A DNA stretch of 64,000 nucleotides from an uncultured delta proteobacterium (GTDB lineage: Bacteria; Desulfobacterota; Binatia; Binatales; Binataceae). Every line of letters starts with the position of its first letter. Within the stretch, counting starts at the first letter, position 1. The stretch spans positions 1,088,001 to 1,152,000 of the forward strand of contig CAWCDG010000004.1 of NCBI GenBank assembly GCA_963794325.1, read 5' to 3'. The notes beneath the pieces are model-generated. The model saw nothing but the letters and a program-made list of their open reading frames with translations, did not search any database and had not been told where the DNA came from. Of the stretch, positions 39,283 to 48,645 are shown one piece after another. The translations under genes and the position numbers were made by a program.

Positions 39283-39355
39283 GCCTGAAACTTTAGGTTC
39301 TATGCTCCGTACCATCTGTGATATTTAACACGCTGTTGTTTTTTTGACGGATTGA
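39283..39355 (+). promoter_or_regulatory. Upstream motif shared with 40810-40883
   Basis: CTGAAAC..GGTTC..GTACCATYTGTGRTATTTAAC..TTGTTTTTTTGAC present before both paralogs. Confidence 0.6.
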
Positions 39356-39373
39356 TTCGGAGACGGGGATCGA

Positions 39374-40622
39374 ATGGCGGCACAGCAAGGGATTCGACAG
39401 TCTTCATCGGGGCGAACCATGCTTAAGAACCTCATCCGGATGATTCCCGCTGTTGTGCTTATCGCGGCGACTATCAATACAGCGTCGTGCAATAACAATA
39501 ACGGGCTGCTGCAGCAGACCGGCGGCGGTGGTGGTGGTTCAGCGTCATCGTCACGGACTGCGACTCCGACTGCGACTGCGACGGTTGCTGCCGCCGCGTT
39601 CGCGTTTGTGACCAACTACAACGACGCCGTTGTATCGTCGTTCACGCGCAACACTTCGACTGGCGCGCTCGCGCATACCGGGCAGGTGCAGGCGGGCTCG
39701 AAAGCCGGGCCGCGCGGCGTGGTCGCGTCGCCCAATGGCAGCTTCCTCTACGTCGCGAATATCAACGACGACAATATTTACGAGTTCTCGATCAATCAGA
39801 CCGACGGGACGCTGACGCCGCTGGCGACGCCGTCGGTGAGCAATGGAAACGCGACCAGACCAGATGAACTGGCGATGAACCGCGCAGGCACATTGCTGTG
39901 GGTGACCGGACAGGGCCGGAACGGTTACGGCATACACCGTGAACACTTCGACCGGGCAGCTTACGAAGAAAAGCTCGATCGATGGATTCAACACTCCGTT
40001 CGGCATCGTGGTGCATCCGACGCTGGCGGTTATTTACGTGTCGGACCTGGCGACGGGTCTCATCCAGCCGATGTCGTATAACACCAGGAACGGATTGCTC
40101 TCGAAGAACTTTACGGCGGTCGCGAGTTCAGACCCCAACGCCAAAATACCGGCCGCGCTGACGATCGATGCGGCAGGCGCCGCGCTGTTCGCGCCCGATG
40201 AGGGTAACGGCGAGGTCTCGTCGTTTGCGATCGATGGTTCGGGCGCCCTGACCCCAATATTGGCGTACGCCAACAGCAGCGTCGGTGACGGGCCGGTGGG
40301 AATTGGAATAGGAACGAACACCGGCAACGAGTACGTGTTTACGGCCAACTGGGGAGGCGCGTCGGTGTCCTCGTTCCTTGTCACGAACGCGACGACCGTG
40401 ATCGCGCCGCCGACCGTGGCGTCGGGCTACAACGCGCCGAAGGGGCTGGTGGTGGACCAGCAGGGCTCATTCGTTTACACGGCGGACAGCGCCGACGGCA
40501 CCGTCGCAGTGTCAAAGATCAAGGGCGGGTGCCTGAGCCAGATATGTGCGGGTACCGCGGTATCGGCCGAGAGTCCGCATAAGGCCGGCAGCGGTCCGTT
40601 CGGGATCACGCTCTTACACTGA
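39374..40622 (+). pseudogene. Beta-propeller (lactonase-like) lipoprotein, +1 frameshift at ~39913-39915
   Basis: Two ORF halves align to the intact paralog 40901-42115; removing one G restores GQAGTVTAYTVN. Confidence 0.85.
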
Positions 40623-40646
40623 GGCGGCTTGTAGTGTCGTAATTTC

Positions 40647-40798
40647 AGTGGGGCGGGCCTACGTGCCCGCCCTCTTTTCTTCAGATTGCGGCCACGCGCA
40701 GCGATACTCCGTGCGCAGGCGTCTGCGGCAGAAGCAGTCCGGTAAGCGTGGGCGCGGACGCCCGCGCGTCGATGGCAGGCACGGCGGCCCGCCCCACT
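40647..40798. repeat. REPIN-like inverted pair of GTGG-type REPs (family D)
   Basis: AGTGGGGCGGGCCTACGTGCCCGCC and the reverse-strand AGTGGGGCGGGCCGCCGTGCCTGCC. Confidence 0.7.
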
Positions 40799-40900
40799 AT
40801 AATGGCTTCTGCTGAAACCTTCGGGTTCGATGGCACGTACCATTTGTGGTATTTAACTCGCGGTTGTTTTTTTGACCGGATTGGCGGGAAAGGGATTTGA

Positions 40901-42115
40901 ATGCAACGCAACCGATTGTTTTCGTCGCGGCGGACCACACTTAAGAACGTCATCCGGCTGATTCCGGCGGCTGTAATTCTCGCGGCGACGCTGAATACGG
41001 TGTCGTGCAAAAACGGCAATGGACTCATCTCGCAGGGCGGCGGCGGCGGTTCCCCGACTGCCACTTCGACGGCGGGCACCGGCGCGCTCGCGTTTGTGAC
41101 CAACTTCAACGACGGCAAGGTGTCGTCGTTCACGCGCAATACTTCGACCGGCGTGCTCACGCTGCATCCGGGGCAGGTAAAGGCTGGCGCGAAAAGCGGG
41201 CCTCGTGGCGTGATTGCGGCGCCCAGCGGCAGCTTTCTATACGTTGCGAACATCAAGGATGACAATATCTACGAATTCTCGGTCAATCAGAGCAACGGGA
41301 CACTGACGCCGTTGTCGCCACCGTCCGTGAGCAACGGGAACGCAACCAAACCGGATGAACTTGCGATTAATTCCGCCGGTACATTGTTGTGGGTAACGGG
41401 CGCCGCGGGCACTGTTACGAGCTACACGGTTAACACGAGCACGGGACAGCTTAAGAAGGGCACTTCGATCGGAGGATTCAACACTCCCTTCGGCATCACG
41501 CTGCATCCGACACTCTCAGTGCTCTACGTGTCGGATACTACAACCGGGCTTATCTGGCCGATGACCTTTAACCCTACTACTGGAGCGCTCTCGAAGAACT
41601 TTACGGCGATGCATAGTGCGGACGTGAACGCGAATACACCGGCCGCGATAGCGATCGATGCGGCGGGCGCGTCACTGTTTATCGCGGACCAGGTACTCGG
41701 CGAAGTCTCGACATTTTCGATCGACGGCACGGGCGCGCTGACACAGGGACCCGTCATCGCGAATAACAGCGTCGGCGATGTCCCGGTGGGCGTCGGAATC
41801 GCGGTCAACACCGGCATCGAGTATCTATTCACCGCCAACCAGGGCAGCGCCTCGGTGTCGTCGTTCATCGTCAACGGCGGGACGAACGTGATTACGCCGC
41901 CCGTCATCGCGGGGCCATACAATGGGCCAACCGGGTTGGTAGTCGATCCGCAGATGGTGAACGTTTACACCGCGGACAATACGGACGGCACCGTCGCGCA
42001 GTCAATTATCAACGGCACTTGCGTTGCGCACCAGATATGCCCGGGTCCGACAGTGTCGACCGAGAGCCCGGCTAACCACAGCAGCGGTCCGTTCGGGATC
42101 ACGCTCGCGCAGTGA
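40901..42115 (+). CDS. Beta-propeller (lactonase-like) lipoprotein
   Basis: TVSC lipobox, Gly linker, repeated P.G....P.G..LYV blades. Confidence 0.85.
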   Translation: MQRNRLFSSRRTTLKNVIRLIPAAVILAATLNTVSCKNGNGLISQGGGGGSPTATSTAGTGALAFVTNFNDGKVSSFTRNTSTGVLTLHPGQVKAGAKSGPRGVIAAPSGSFLYVANIKDDNIYEFSVNQSNGTLTPLSPPSVSNGNATKPDELAINSAGTLLWVTGAAGTVTSYTVNTSTGQLKKGTSIGGFNTPFGITLHPTLSVLYVSDTTTGLIWPMTFNPTTGALSKNFTAMHSADVNANTPAAIAIDAAGASLFIADQVLGEVSTFSIDGTGALTQGPVIANNSVGDVPVGVGIAVNTGIEYLFTANQGSASVSSFIVNGGTNVITPPVIAGPYNGPTGLVVDPQMVNVYTADNTDGTVAQSIINGTCVAHQICPGPTVSTESPANHSSGPFGITLAQ

Positions 42116-42130
42116 TTTTTTCACTGCAGA

Positions 42131-42940
42131 TCACATGCTGAGGCAGGCTTCGGCGGCAAGGGTGAACAGGCGTTCGCGGATTTGATGGCGGTTCCAGTTG
42201 CGATGGTCCCAGTCGTCGCCGCCTAAGTCGTCGCCGCCGTAGAGGATCTGTCCGAACTGGACGCGGCGGAACTGCGCGACGGCGAAAAACGCCGCCGCTT
42301 CCATCTCGACCGTGAGGCATCCTTCGCGTCTGCGCGCGAGCATCCGGGCCCGCGTCTCGCGGAACAGCCCGTCGGTCGTCCAAGTCTTCGCGACGATATA
42401 GTCGAGACCGTTTCGCTTCAGCGTTTTTTCGATTGCGGCCAACGCCCGCGGATGTGGCGCGACTTCGCGTGACGGCGGCAGGTAGTGATACGACGCGCCC
42501 TCGTCACGAATCGCGGAGCTGGGCACGATGATATGGCCGACGGCGATTTTCGAGTCGAGCACGCCGGCGCCGCCGCATGCGATGAACTTCCGCGCGCCGC
42601 GAGCGATCAATCGATCGAGCATCGCGGCCGCCATCGCTCCGCCGATGCGCGGGTGAACCACCGCGAGACGCTGGCCGCCAATCTCGACCTCGTACACCGG
42701 ATGGCGCCCGATTTCGCTCTCTGCATGATCGATCTCGCGAGCGCCGCCATTGAGTATCAGGTCGTCGATCACGTCCTGGAAGAAGCAGAGGACGCAGTGC
42801 TTGGGGATATCGATGCGTTTGTACACGCGGCGCGGCTCGATGATCGCGGTCGGCGAAGGATCGAATTCGAGGATTGGGAACGCGCGCGCTGGAAGGCGTT
42901 TGGTCGTGCGCGGTGGTGATTTGCGGCGGCGCGATTTCAT
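42131..42940 (-). CDS. Nucleoside phosphorylase (uridine phosphorylase family)
   Basis: AIRDEGASYHY, WTTDGLFRET, VEMEAAA. Confidence 0.88.
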   Translation of the reverse strand: MKSRRRKSPPRTTKRLPARAFPILEFDPSPTAIIEPRRVYKRIDIPKHCVLCFFQDVIDDLILNGGAREIDHAESEIGRHPVYEVEIGGQRLAVVHPRIGGAMAAAMLDRLIARGARKFIACGGAGVLDSKIAVGHIIVPSSAIRDEGASYHYLPPSREVAPHPRALAAIEKTLKRNGLDYIVAKTWTTDGLFRETRARMLARRREGCLTVEMEAAAFFAVAQFRRVQFGQILYGGDDLGGDDWDHRNWNRHQIRERLFTLAAEACLSM

Positions 42941-43048
42941 TTTTGTGTCATTCGAAGAATGACACAAAAAAGTGAGCGGAGGGCAGGGAGCATGCGCCGC
43001 AGAAACCTAACCCCTAACCCCTTCCCATAGTGGGAAGGGGAACCGGAT
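42941..43048. repeat. Family C hairpin (TTTTTGTGTCATTC-GAA-GAATGACACAAAAA) plus family B copy
   Basis: GAATGACACMAAAAAGTGAGC also at 24413; family B at 43004-43048. Confidence 0.8.
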
Positions 43049-43083
43049 TTTCGGATAGGCCGGATTCTTTTGGATAGGTAAGA

Positions 43084-44265
43084 TCAGGATTGGGGGACTG
43101 GCTTTGGGGCCGATTCTGCGGCGGCGGATTTGGCGGCCAGGGCGGCGGCTTTGGTTTCGGCTTTTTCGCTGGCGGCCTTCTGGCGCAACTGCAATAGCAT
43201 CTGGCGCAGCTTGCCGGGGTTTACCGGCTTCTTGAATAGCGCGCCTTCCAGCCCGCGCAGGCGCGATCGTTTCAGGATGTGATCCTTGTCGTAGTAGTAG
43301 GCGGTCATCAGGATGACCGGCAGCTTCGGCATGTCTTCCTTGACCTTGAGATAGAAGTCGTAACCGTCCATCTCGGGCATCACGACGTCCGAGATGACCG
43401 CGTCGAGCGCGACGTTGCGCAGGATTCCAAAGGCGGCCGACGGACGCGTGGCGCAGTGCACGATACACTTCTCGGCGCGCAGCAGGTCGGCCATCGAATT
43501 GACCACCGCGGTATCGTCGTCGAGCACCAGGATCGACATCCCGGCCAGCGGCGACTGATCGAGCGGATGAGGCGCGTCATGCGGGCGCGTGTGCACCTTG
43601 GCGTCGTCGCGCGGTGCCAGGTCGGCCATCCGCTTGCCCGCCAGGTAGTCGCGCGTCTCGTACTCACCCTTGCGGGTCATCTCGTCGAGGCGGCGGACGA
43701 TAGCTTGCACGCGTTCGAGCGAGTTACGAATCGAGTCGAGGCGTTCGTTCTCTACAACTTTTTCGGCATCGGTTAGATGCGATTCGAGGCTTTGCGAGAG
43801 CAGATCCAGGTTGTTGGTGATCGATTCGAGCGGATTGTTGATCTCGTGGGCGAGGCTCACCGCAATCTCGCCGGCGGTTGCCAGCTGCTGCGCATGGCGC
43901 AGGCGGCGGATGTCGCGGGCGAAGCCGATCGATCCGATTTCGTTGCCGTCGTCGTCGTGGATCAGCGTGCCGGTGATCATGACCGGGATGATCTCGCTCG
44001 CTTTGTTGCGGAACTCGGTCTCGAAGCTGGCAATTCGGCCCTTGTCGGCCGACTCGCGCATCGCCTTCATCACGCGTCGCGCCTCGTCGATCGACGGATA
44101 GATGCGGGTGCATCCCTCGCCGATGATTTCCTCGGAGCTGTAACCGAGGCTGGTGCGCGCGCCGTCGTTGTAATAGTTCACGGTGCCGGTTTTATCGACC
44201 GCAATTATGATGTCCGGCGAGCTCTCGATGAGCCGCTGGAAATATTTTTTATCGAGCGAGGCCAT
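43084..44265 (-). CDS. PAS-HisKA-receiver protein lacking an HATPase domain
   Basis: PAS, AHEINNPL, then VLDDD...ISDVVMPEMDG...KP receiver. Confidence 0.85.
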   Translation of the reverse strand: MASLDKKYFQRLIESSPDIIIAVDKTGTVNYYNDGARTSLGYSSEEIIGEGCTRIYPSIDEARRVMKAMRESADKGRIASFETEFRNKASEIIPVMITGTLIHDDDGNEIGSIGFARDIRRLRHAQQLATAGEIAVSLAHEINNPLESITNNLDLLSQSLESHLTDAEKVVENERLDSIRNSLERVQAIVRRLDEMTRKGEYETRDYLAGKRMADLAPRDDAKVHTRPHDAPHPLDQSPLAGMSILVLDDDTAVVNSMADLLRAEKCIVHCATRPSAAFGILRNVALDAVISDVVMPEMDGYDFYLKVKEDMPKLPVILMTAYYYDKDHILKRSRLRGLEGALFKKPVNPGKLRQMLLQLRQKAASEKAETKAAALAAKSAAAESAPKPVPQS

Positions 44266-44304
44266 GGTTGTTTGTTTGATCCTGATCGTTCAGTCGCGAC
44301 GGCT

Positions 44305-44721
44305 TTATTTAACGGCTCGGAGCCGGAACTTCGGCATCGAGACTTCATCGCTGAGTTTTTCGAAAGTGACCTCTACCGGCATCCCACATTTTATCTCATG
44401 CGGCTTGACGCCGAGCAGATTCGACACGAATTTGCAGCCCTCTTCGAGCTCGACCACCACGACCGCGTACGGCACTTCGGTGGCGAAGCCGGGGTGATAG
44501 AGCTGATGCATAATATTAAAGCTAAACACTTCGCCGCGGCCGCTCACCCCAACCCATCGCGAGGCTGCCGAGTTGCACTTCGAGCATAGCTCATGGGCGG
44601 GGAATCGCAGCTGTCCGCAACTGTCACACTTTTGGACCATCAGGCGGCCGACGCGTGCACCGTCGAAGAATTCGCGCATATCGGGGGTTATGGCCGGGAT
44701 GGGTTTGCTGAGTTCGGGCAT
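44305..44721 (-). CDS. Zn-ribbon/OB-fold (DUF35) protein
   Basis: QKCDSCG, CSKC, SGRGEVFSF, PYAVVVVELEEG. Confidence 0.9.
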   Translation of the reverse strand: MPELSKPIPAITPDMREFFDGARVGRLMVQKCDSCGQLRFPAHELCSKCNSAASRWVGVSGRGEVFSFNIMHQLYHPGFATEVPYAVVVVELEEGCKFVSNLLGVKPHEIKCGMPVEVTFEKLSDEVSMPKFRLRAVK

Positions 44722-44823
44722 CGCAATAGGGCTTATATACAGTTTAGACGATCCAGTGACTGAAATGATTGAAGCACACTGTGCGATGCCAAAGCTAGCT
44801 ACAGCACGCTCTGCTTCCAAATA

Positions 44824-45993
44824 CTATGGCTGTGATCCCAATATCAGGGTTGAATGCGTAGCAAGGATACCGCCGTTGCCGGAAACGAGTCCAACGTCGT
44901 GTTTTGGCACCTGCCGCCGTTCACCATCGCCCCGCATCTGCACGATTGCCTCCGCCACCGGGGTCATCCCCCACATATAAAACGAGCTTAACTGGCCGCC
45001 GCCGGTGTTGACCGGTAGCGAGCCGCCCGGACCGATCGTGCCGCTGGCGACGAATGGACCGCCCTCGCCTTTCTTGCAGAAGCCGTAATCCTCGAGCGTG
45101 ACCAGCACCGTGAAGGTATAGCAGTCGTAGAGCTCGCAGAAATTTATGTCGTCAAGCTTGATTCCGGCCATCTTAAAGGCGGTCGTTTTGGCGATCGGCG
45201 CGCCGGATACCAGCGTGTCGAGCGGGTCGCCGCCGGGATGCCCCTGCCCCATCCCCAGGATATAGACGGGCGGGCGCTTCAATGTCTTCGCGCGATCCGC
45301 CGAGGTTACGATAACCGCGAGACCGCCGTTGGAAACCAGGCAGCAATCATAAAGATGGAACGGCTCGACGACCCATCGCGAGGCGTGGTAGTTCGCGAGC
45401 GTCATCGGAGCGCCATAGAACTGTGCGGCGGGATTCAGGTTGGCCCAGTCGCGCTCGGCCACGGCGACCGCGCCGAGGTGATCATTGGTGGTCCCGTACT
45501 TGTACATGTGGCGCTGAGCGACGAACGCATACTGGGCGTTGACGCCGAACAGGCCGTAGTGCGCGTTCAGGCCCTGGGCATAGCCGTAGGATGCGGCCGA
45601 GCCTGATTTATCGCCTTTGTTAGGCGAAGGCGGACGCAGCGGCGCGTCGGCGAATACACACGCGACGACCTCCGCCATGCCGGCGTCGATCGCCTGCGAC
45701 GCATGCATGATCATCGCGGCCGCAGTTGCGCCGCCGAGGTTCATCGTCGCGGTCAGCCGCAGGTCGCGGATACCCATCGCGTTCTGCAGCGTCGACGACG
45801 CCATCGGATTGTTGAACCACGAGATCCCCGGATTGACCAGCAAGCCGTCAATGTCGGATCGCTGCAGGCCGGCGTCGTCGAGGGCGAGATTGACTGCCTC
45901 GGCAGCGAAGCCAACCGGTCCGGGATGATCGAAATTCTTACCCATCCGGGTCTGCCCGAGCCCGGCGATTGCGCATTTAGCTCTTAGGGACAT
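44824..45993 (-). CDS. Thiolase-fold protein (SCP-x/Ltp2-like)
   Basis: AIAGLGQT, LYDCC, ELYDCYT, LEDYGFCKKGEG, NTGGGQLS; alternative start at 46029. Confidence 0.88.
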   Translation of the reverse strand: MSLRAKCAIAGLGQTRMGKNFDHPGPVGFAAEAVNLALDDAGLQRSDIDGLLVNPGISWFNNPMASSTLQNAMGIRDLRLTATMNLGGATAAAMIMHASQAIDAGMAEVVACVFADAPLRPPSPNKGDKSGSAASYGYAQGLNAHYGLFGVNAQYAFVAQRHMYKYGTTNDHLGAVAVAERDWANLNPAAQFYGAPMTLANYHASRWVVEPFHLYDCCLVSNGGLAVIVTSADRAKTLKRPPVYILGMGQGHPGGDPLDTLVSGAPIAKTTAFKMAGIKLDDINFCELYDCYTFTVLVTLEDYGFCKKGEGGPFVASGTIGPGGSLPVNTGGGQLSSFYMWGMTPVAEAIVQMRGDGERRQVPKHDVGLVSGNGGILATHSTLILGSQP

Positions 45994-46040
45994 AGCGCTT
46001 ACTCTCTTACGCTTTTTCGCCGAAGGCATCCAGCGCGGTG

Positions 46041-46260
46041 GTGGGAAGGGGAAATCACTTTATTAAATGTGAAACCCTCCGCGGGTTTCACGCTTCCGCG
46101 GCAGGGCTAAGCCCTGCACCTTAGAATTAAGAAAGATGCGGGACTTCGTCCCTGTTAGAAGGCTGGAGTGGGAACTACCTCTCCCGCGGCTAGCGACGCG
46201 GTCGCTAGCCGCAAACCGGGAGAGGTCGCGCGACGACATTTATGTCGTCGGGCGGGTGAG
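46041..46260. repeat. Full-length family A element (46041-46162) followed by family B-like long hairpins
   Basis: Direct repeat of 54823-54952; ACCTCTCCC..GGGAGAGGT and CGACGACAT/ATGTCGTCG hairpins. Confidence 0.85.
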
Positions 46261-46551
46261 AGTGTTGGCATTCAGCTCGACGCGAACCCCCTGCCGACGC
46301 CGTGGCGGATGTGTTTGGTGGCATTAAGCCAGCTCATTCTCCCCTCTGCGCAGACGGTGGCCGAGCTCTATTTCGGCGTTATATTAATTTTGTAGCGATA
46401 CGGGGTGTATCGGTATTAACCATTGGAACGTCCTACTAGTTACGGGATCGCTACTTTGGGGCTTGGTTTACCCGCGTCCGCTTCGTATTCTAATGGGTCG
46501 GTTGCCAAGGCTCGCGCCTTAAATCTACAATTGATTCTGGGAGATTGACGA

Positions 46552-47859
46552 ATGGCGGATCTTAGCTTCGAGGCGCTGGCGAGCAGCGAGCATGTGCTCT
46601 CCAGCGCGGAAAACTTTGTACTCTACGTCCTGCTCGAGGCGGTCGCCGGCGGCAAGGGTGGCGCTGGCAGTGGTAGCCGGCTGCCGCTGAATCTTGGCGT
46701 AGTAATAGATCGTTCGGGATCGATGTATGACGAGCGACGCCTGGAATTCGTTATCGAGGCAGTCAAGTTCCTGGCCGACAACCTGACCGCGGACGACAAG
46801 GTCTCGATAGTCGCGTTCGCCGACAAGGCCAAGGTGCTGATCACGCCCGAGGCGGCGCGCGACAAGTCGGCCGTCAAGCGGGCGATCGACGATATCGACC
46901 TGCTCGAAATCGGCGGCGGCACGCAGATGGCGCTCGGGATGAAGGCGGCGATCGACGAGGTCAAAAAAAATCTCGCCTCCGACCGGCTCAATCGCGTGCT
47001 GGTGCTGACCGACGGGCAGACTTACGAAGAAACCGCGTGTATCGACCTGGTCGAGAAAAATCGCGGCGAGATTTCGTTCTCGACCATGGGCGTCGGCGTC
47101 GAGTTCAACGAGAAACTCCTGCAGCGCCTCGCCCAGGACTCCAACGGCAAATATCATTTCATCGGCGACCCCGCCGAGATTCCCAGTATTTTCGAAGATG
47201 AGCTCGAGGGACTGCGTTCGGTCAGCCTGCGCAATGGGCGAATCGAGGTGACGCTGTCGCACGGCGTCCAGGTGCGCGAGGCATTTCGCGCATCGCCTGA
47301 GATTTACGTCCTCGGCACTCCGCTGGTCGGCGAAGACCGTAAAATCGGCTACGAGATCGGCGACCTGCAGGCCGGGGTGCCCGGCTCGGTGCTGCTGACG
47401 CTGGTGCTGCCGCCGCGCAATCCGGGGCAGGTCAGGATTCTGCAGAGCACCTTTCATTACGAGGTGCCGGGCGGCAGCGAAAAAACCGTCGAATGCGATA
47501 TGACCGTCAATTACACGCTCGATCGCACGCTGACCAGCAAGCGCAACGGGCGCGTGATGAACCTGGTGGACCAGGTTTCGATCGCCAAGCTGCAGGCCAA
47601 GGCGGAAGAGGAACTCAAGGCGGGCAACGTCGATCGCGCGACTCGGCTGCTCGGCAACGCGCTGCAAGGCACGCAGCGGATGGGCAACGTCAAGGCGACG
47701 CAGGCGCTCTCGGGCTTGATCGATCAGATCAAGAAGACCCAGACGCTGCAGACCAAGGCGGCCAAGACCACGCTGCTACAGGCGCAGGCGGTGGTGCGCA
47801 AGACCCAGATGCTCGATCCGGAAGCGCTGAAAGAATTTCAGAATAAAAATGGGAATTGA
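46552..47859 (+). CDS. VWA domain protein
   Basis: LNLGVVIDRSGSM, GGT, VLVLTDGQ MIDAS residues. Confidence 0.9.
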   Translation: MADLSFEALASSEHVLSSAENFVLYVLLEAVAGGKGGAGSGSRLPLNLGVVIDRSGSMYDERRLEFVIEAVKFLADNLTADDKVSIVAFADKAKVLITPEAARDKSAVKRAIDDIDLLEIGGGTQMALGMKAAIDEVKKNLASDRLNRVLVLTDGQTYEETACIDLVEKNRGEISFSTMGVGVEFNEKLLQRLAQDSNGKYHFIGDPAEIPSIFEDELEGLRSVSLRNGRIEVTLSHGVQVREAFRASPEIYVLGTPLVGEDRKIGYEIGDLQAGVPGSVLLTLVLPPRNPGQVRILQSTFHYEVPGGSEKTVECDMTVNYTLDRTLTSKRNGRVMNLVDQVSIAKLQAKAEEELKAGNVDRATRLLGNALQGTQRMGNVKATQALSGLIDQIKKTQTLQTKAAKTTLLQAQAVVRKTQMLDPEALKEFQNKNGN

Positions 47860-47920
47860 TTTTTTTGGTGAAGGTTACGGAACCGATACTGCGAACTCAC
47901 CTGCGAGGGCTTAGAAGACC

Positions 47921-48568
47921 ATGATCAAATGCTCCGAATGCGGCTACGAAAACATGGACGGACTCGATTACTGCGACGGATGCGGCGCGAAGCTCGCGGC
48001 GGCCGCCGGCAGTTCCGCCCCCGCCCCGGCTGCTGCGGCGCCGGAAGCAGCTCCAGCCGCAGCTCCCGCTGAAGGTACTGACGCGAATGCGGCGCCGGCG
48101 TCCACTGACGGGGCTCCGGCCGCGGAAGCGCCTCCATCTGAAGCGCCCAAATCTGAGGCGCCGACCGGCGAGATCAAGCCCGAGGCCGCGCCTGAGAGCG
48201 CGCCCACCGCGGCAGCGTCCGGCGCACCGTTCAAGGCGAAGCTGTCGGTAGTTCGCGGCGGCCGCAAGGGTCAGGAATTTCCGCTCGAAGACGGCAATAA
48301 CCTGGTCGGCCGATGGGATCCCGAGACCGGATCCTTCCCTGAAGTGGATCTCGACGCCGACGATCCCGAAGCGAAGATCTCGCGCAAGCATGCGTTGATC
48401 CGTATCGACGCCGGCAAGATCACGATCGAGGATATCGGCAGTCTCAATGGCACTTATGTGAATCGTCAGCCGCGGCTCTCGCCGGGAAGTCCCGCCGAGA
48501 TCAAGTCGGGCGACGAAGTGATTATCGGAAAAACGTTCTTGAAGCTGGTGGTAGAACCGATCTCTTGA
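47921..48568 (+). CDS. Zn-ribbon + Ala/Pro linker + FHA domain protein
   Basis: CSECG..YCDGCG; VGR, ISRKHA, DIGSLNGTYVN. Confidence 0.9.
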   Translation: MIKCSECGYENMDGLDYCDGCGAKLAAAAGSSAPAPAAAAPEAAPAAAPAEGTDANAAPASTDGAPAAEAPPSEAPKSEAPTGEIKPEAAPESAPTAAASGAPFKAKLSVVRGGRKGQEFPLEDGNNLVGRWDPETGSFPEVDLDADDPEAKISRKHALIRIDAGKITIEDIGSLNGTYVNRQPRLSPGSPAEIKSGDEVIIGKTFLKLVVEPIS

Positions 48569-48645
48569 GCGCCGTTCGTCCCCTCCAGTCGCGCCCGGGT
48601 ACTCGTCGCGTGCGCGGAAGTTGAGGAGGGTTGTAGAAAATCGTC

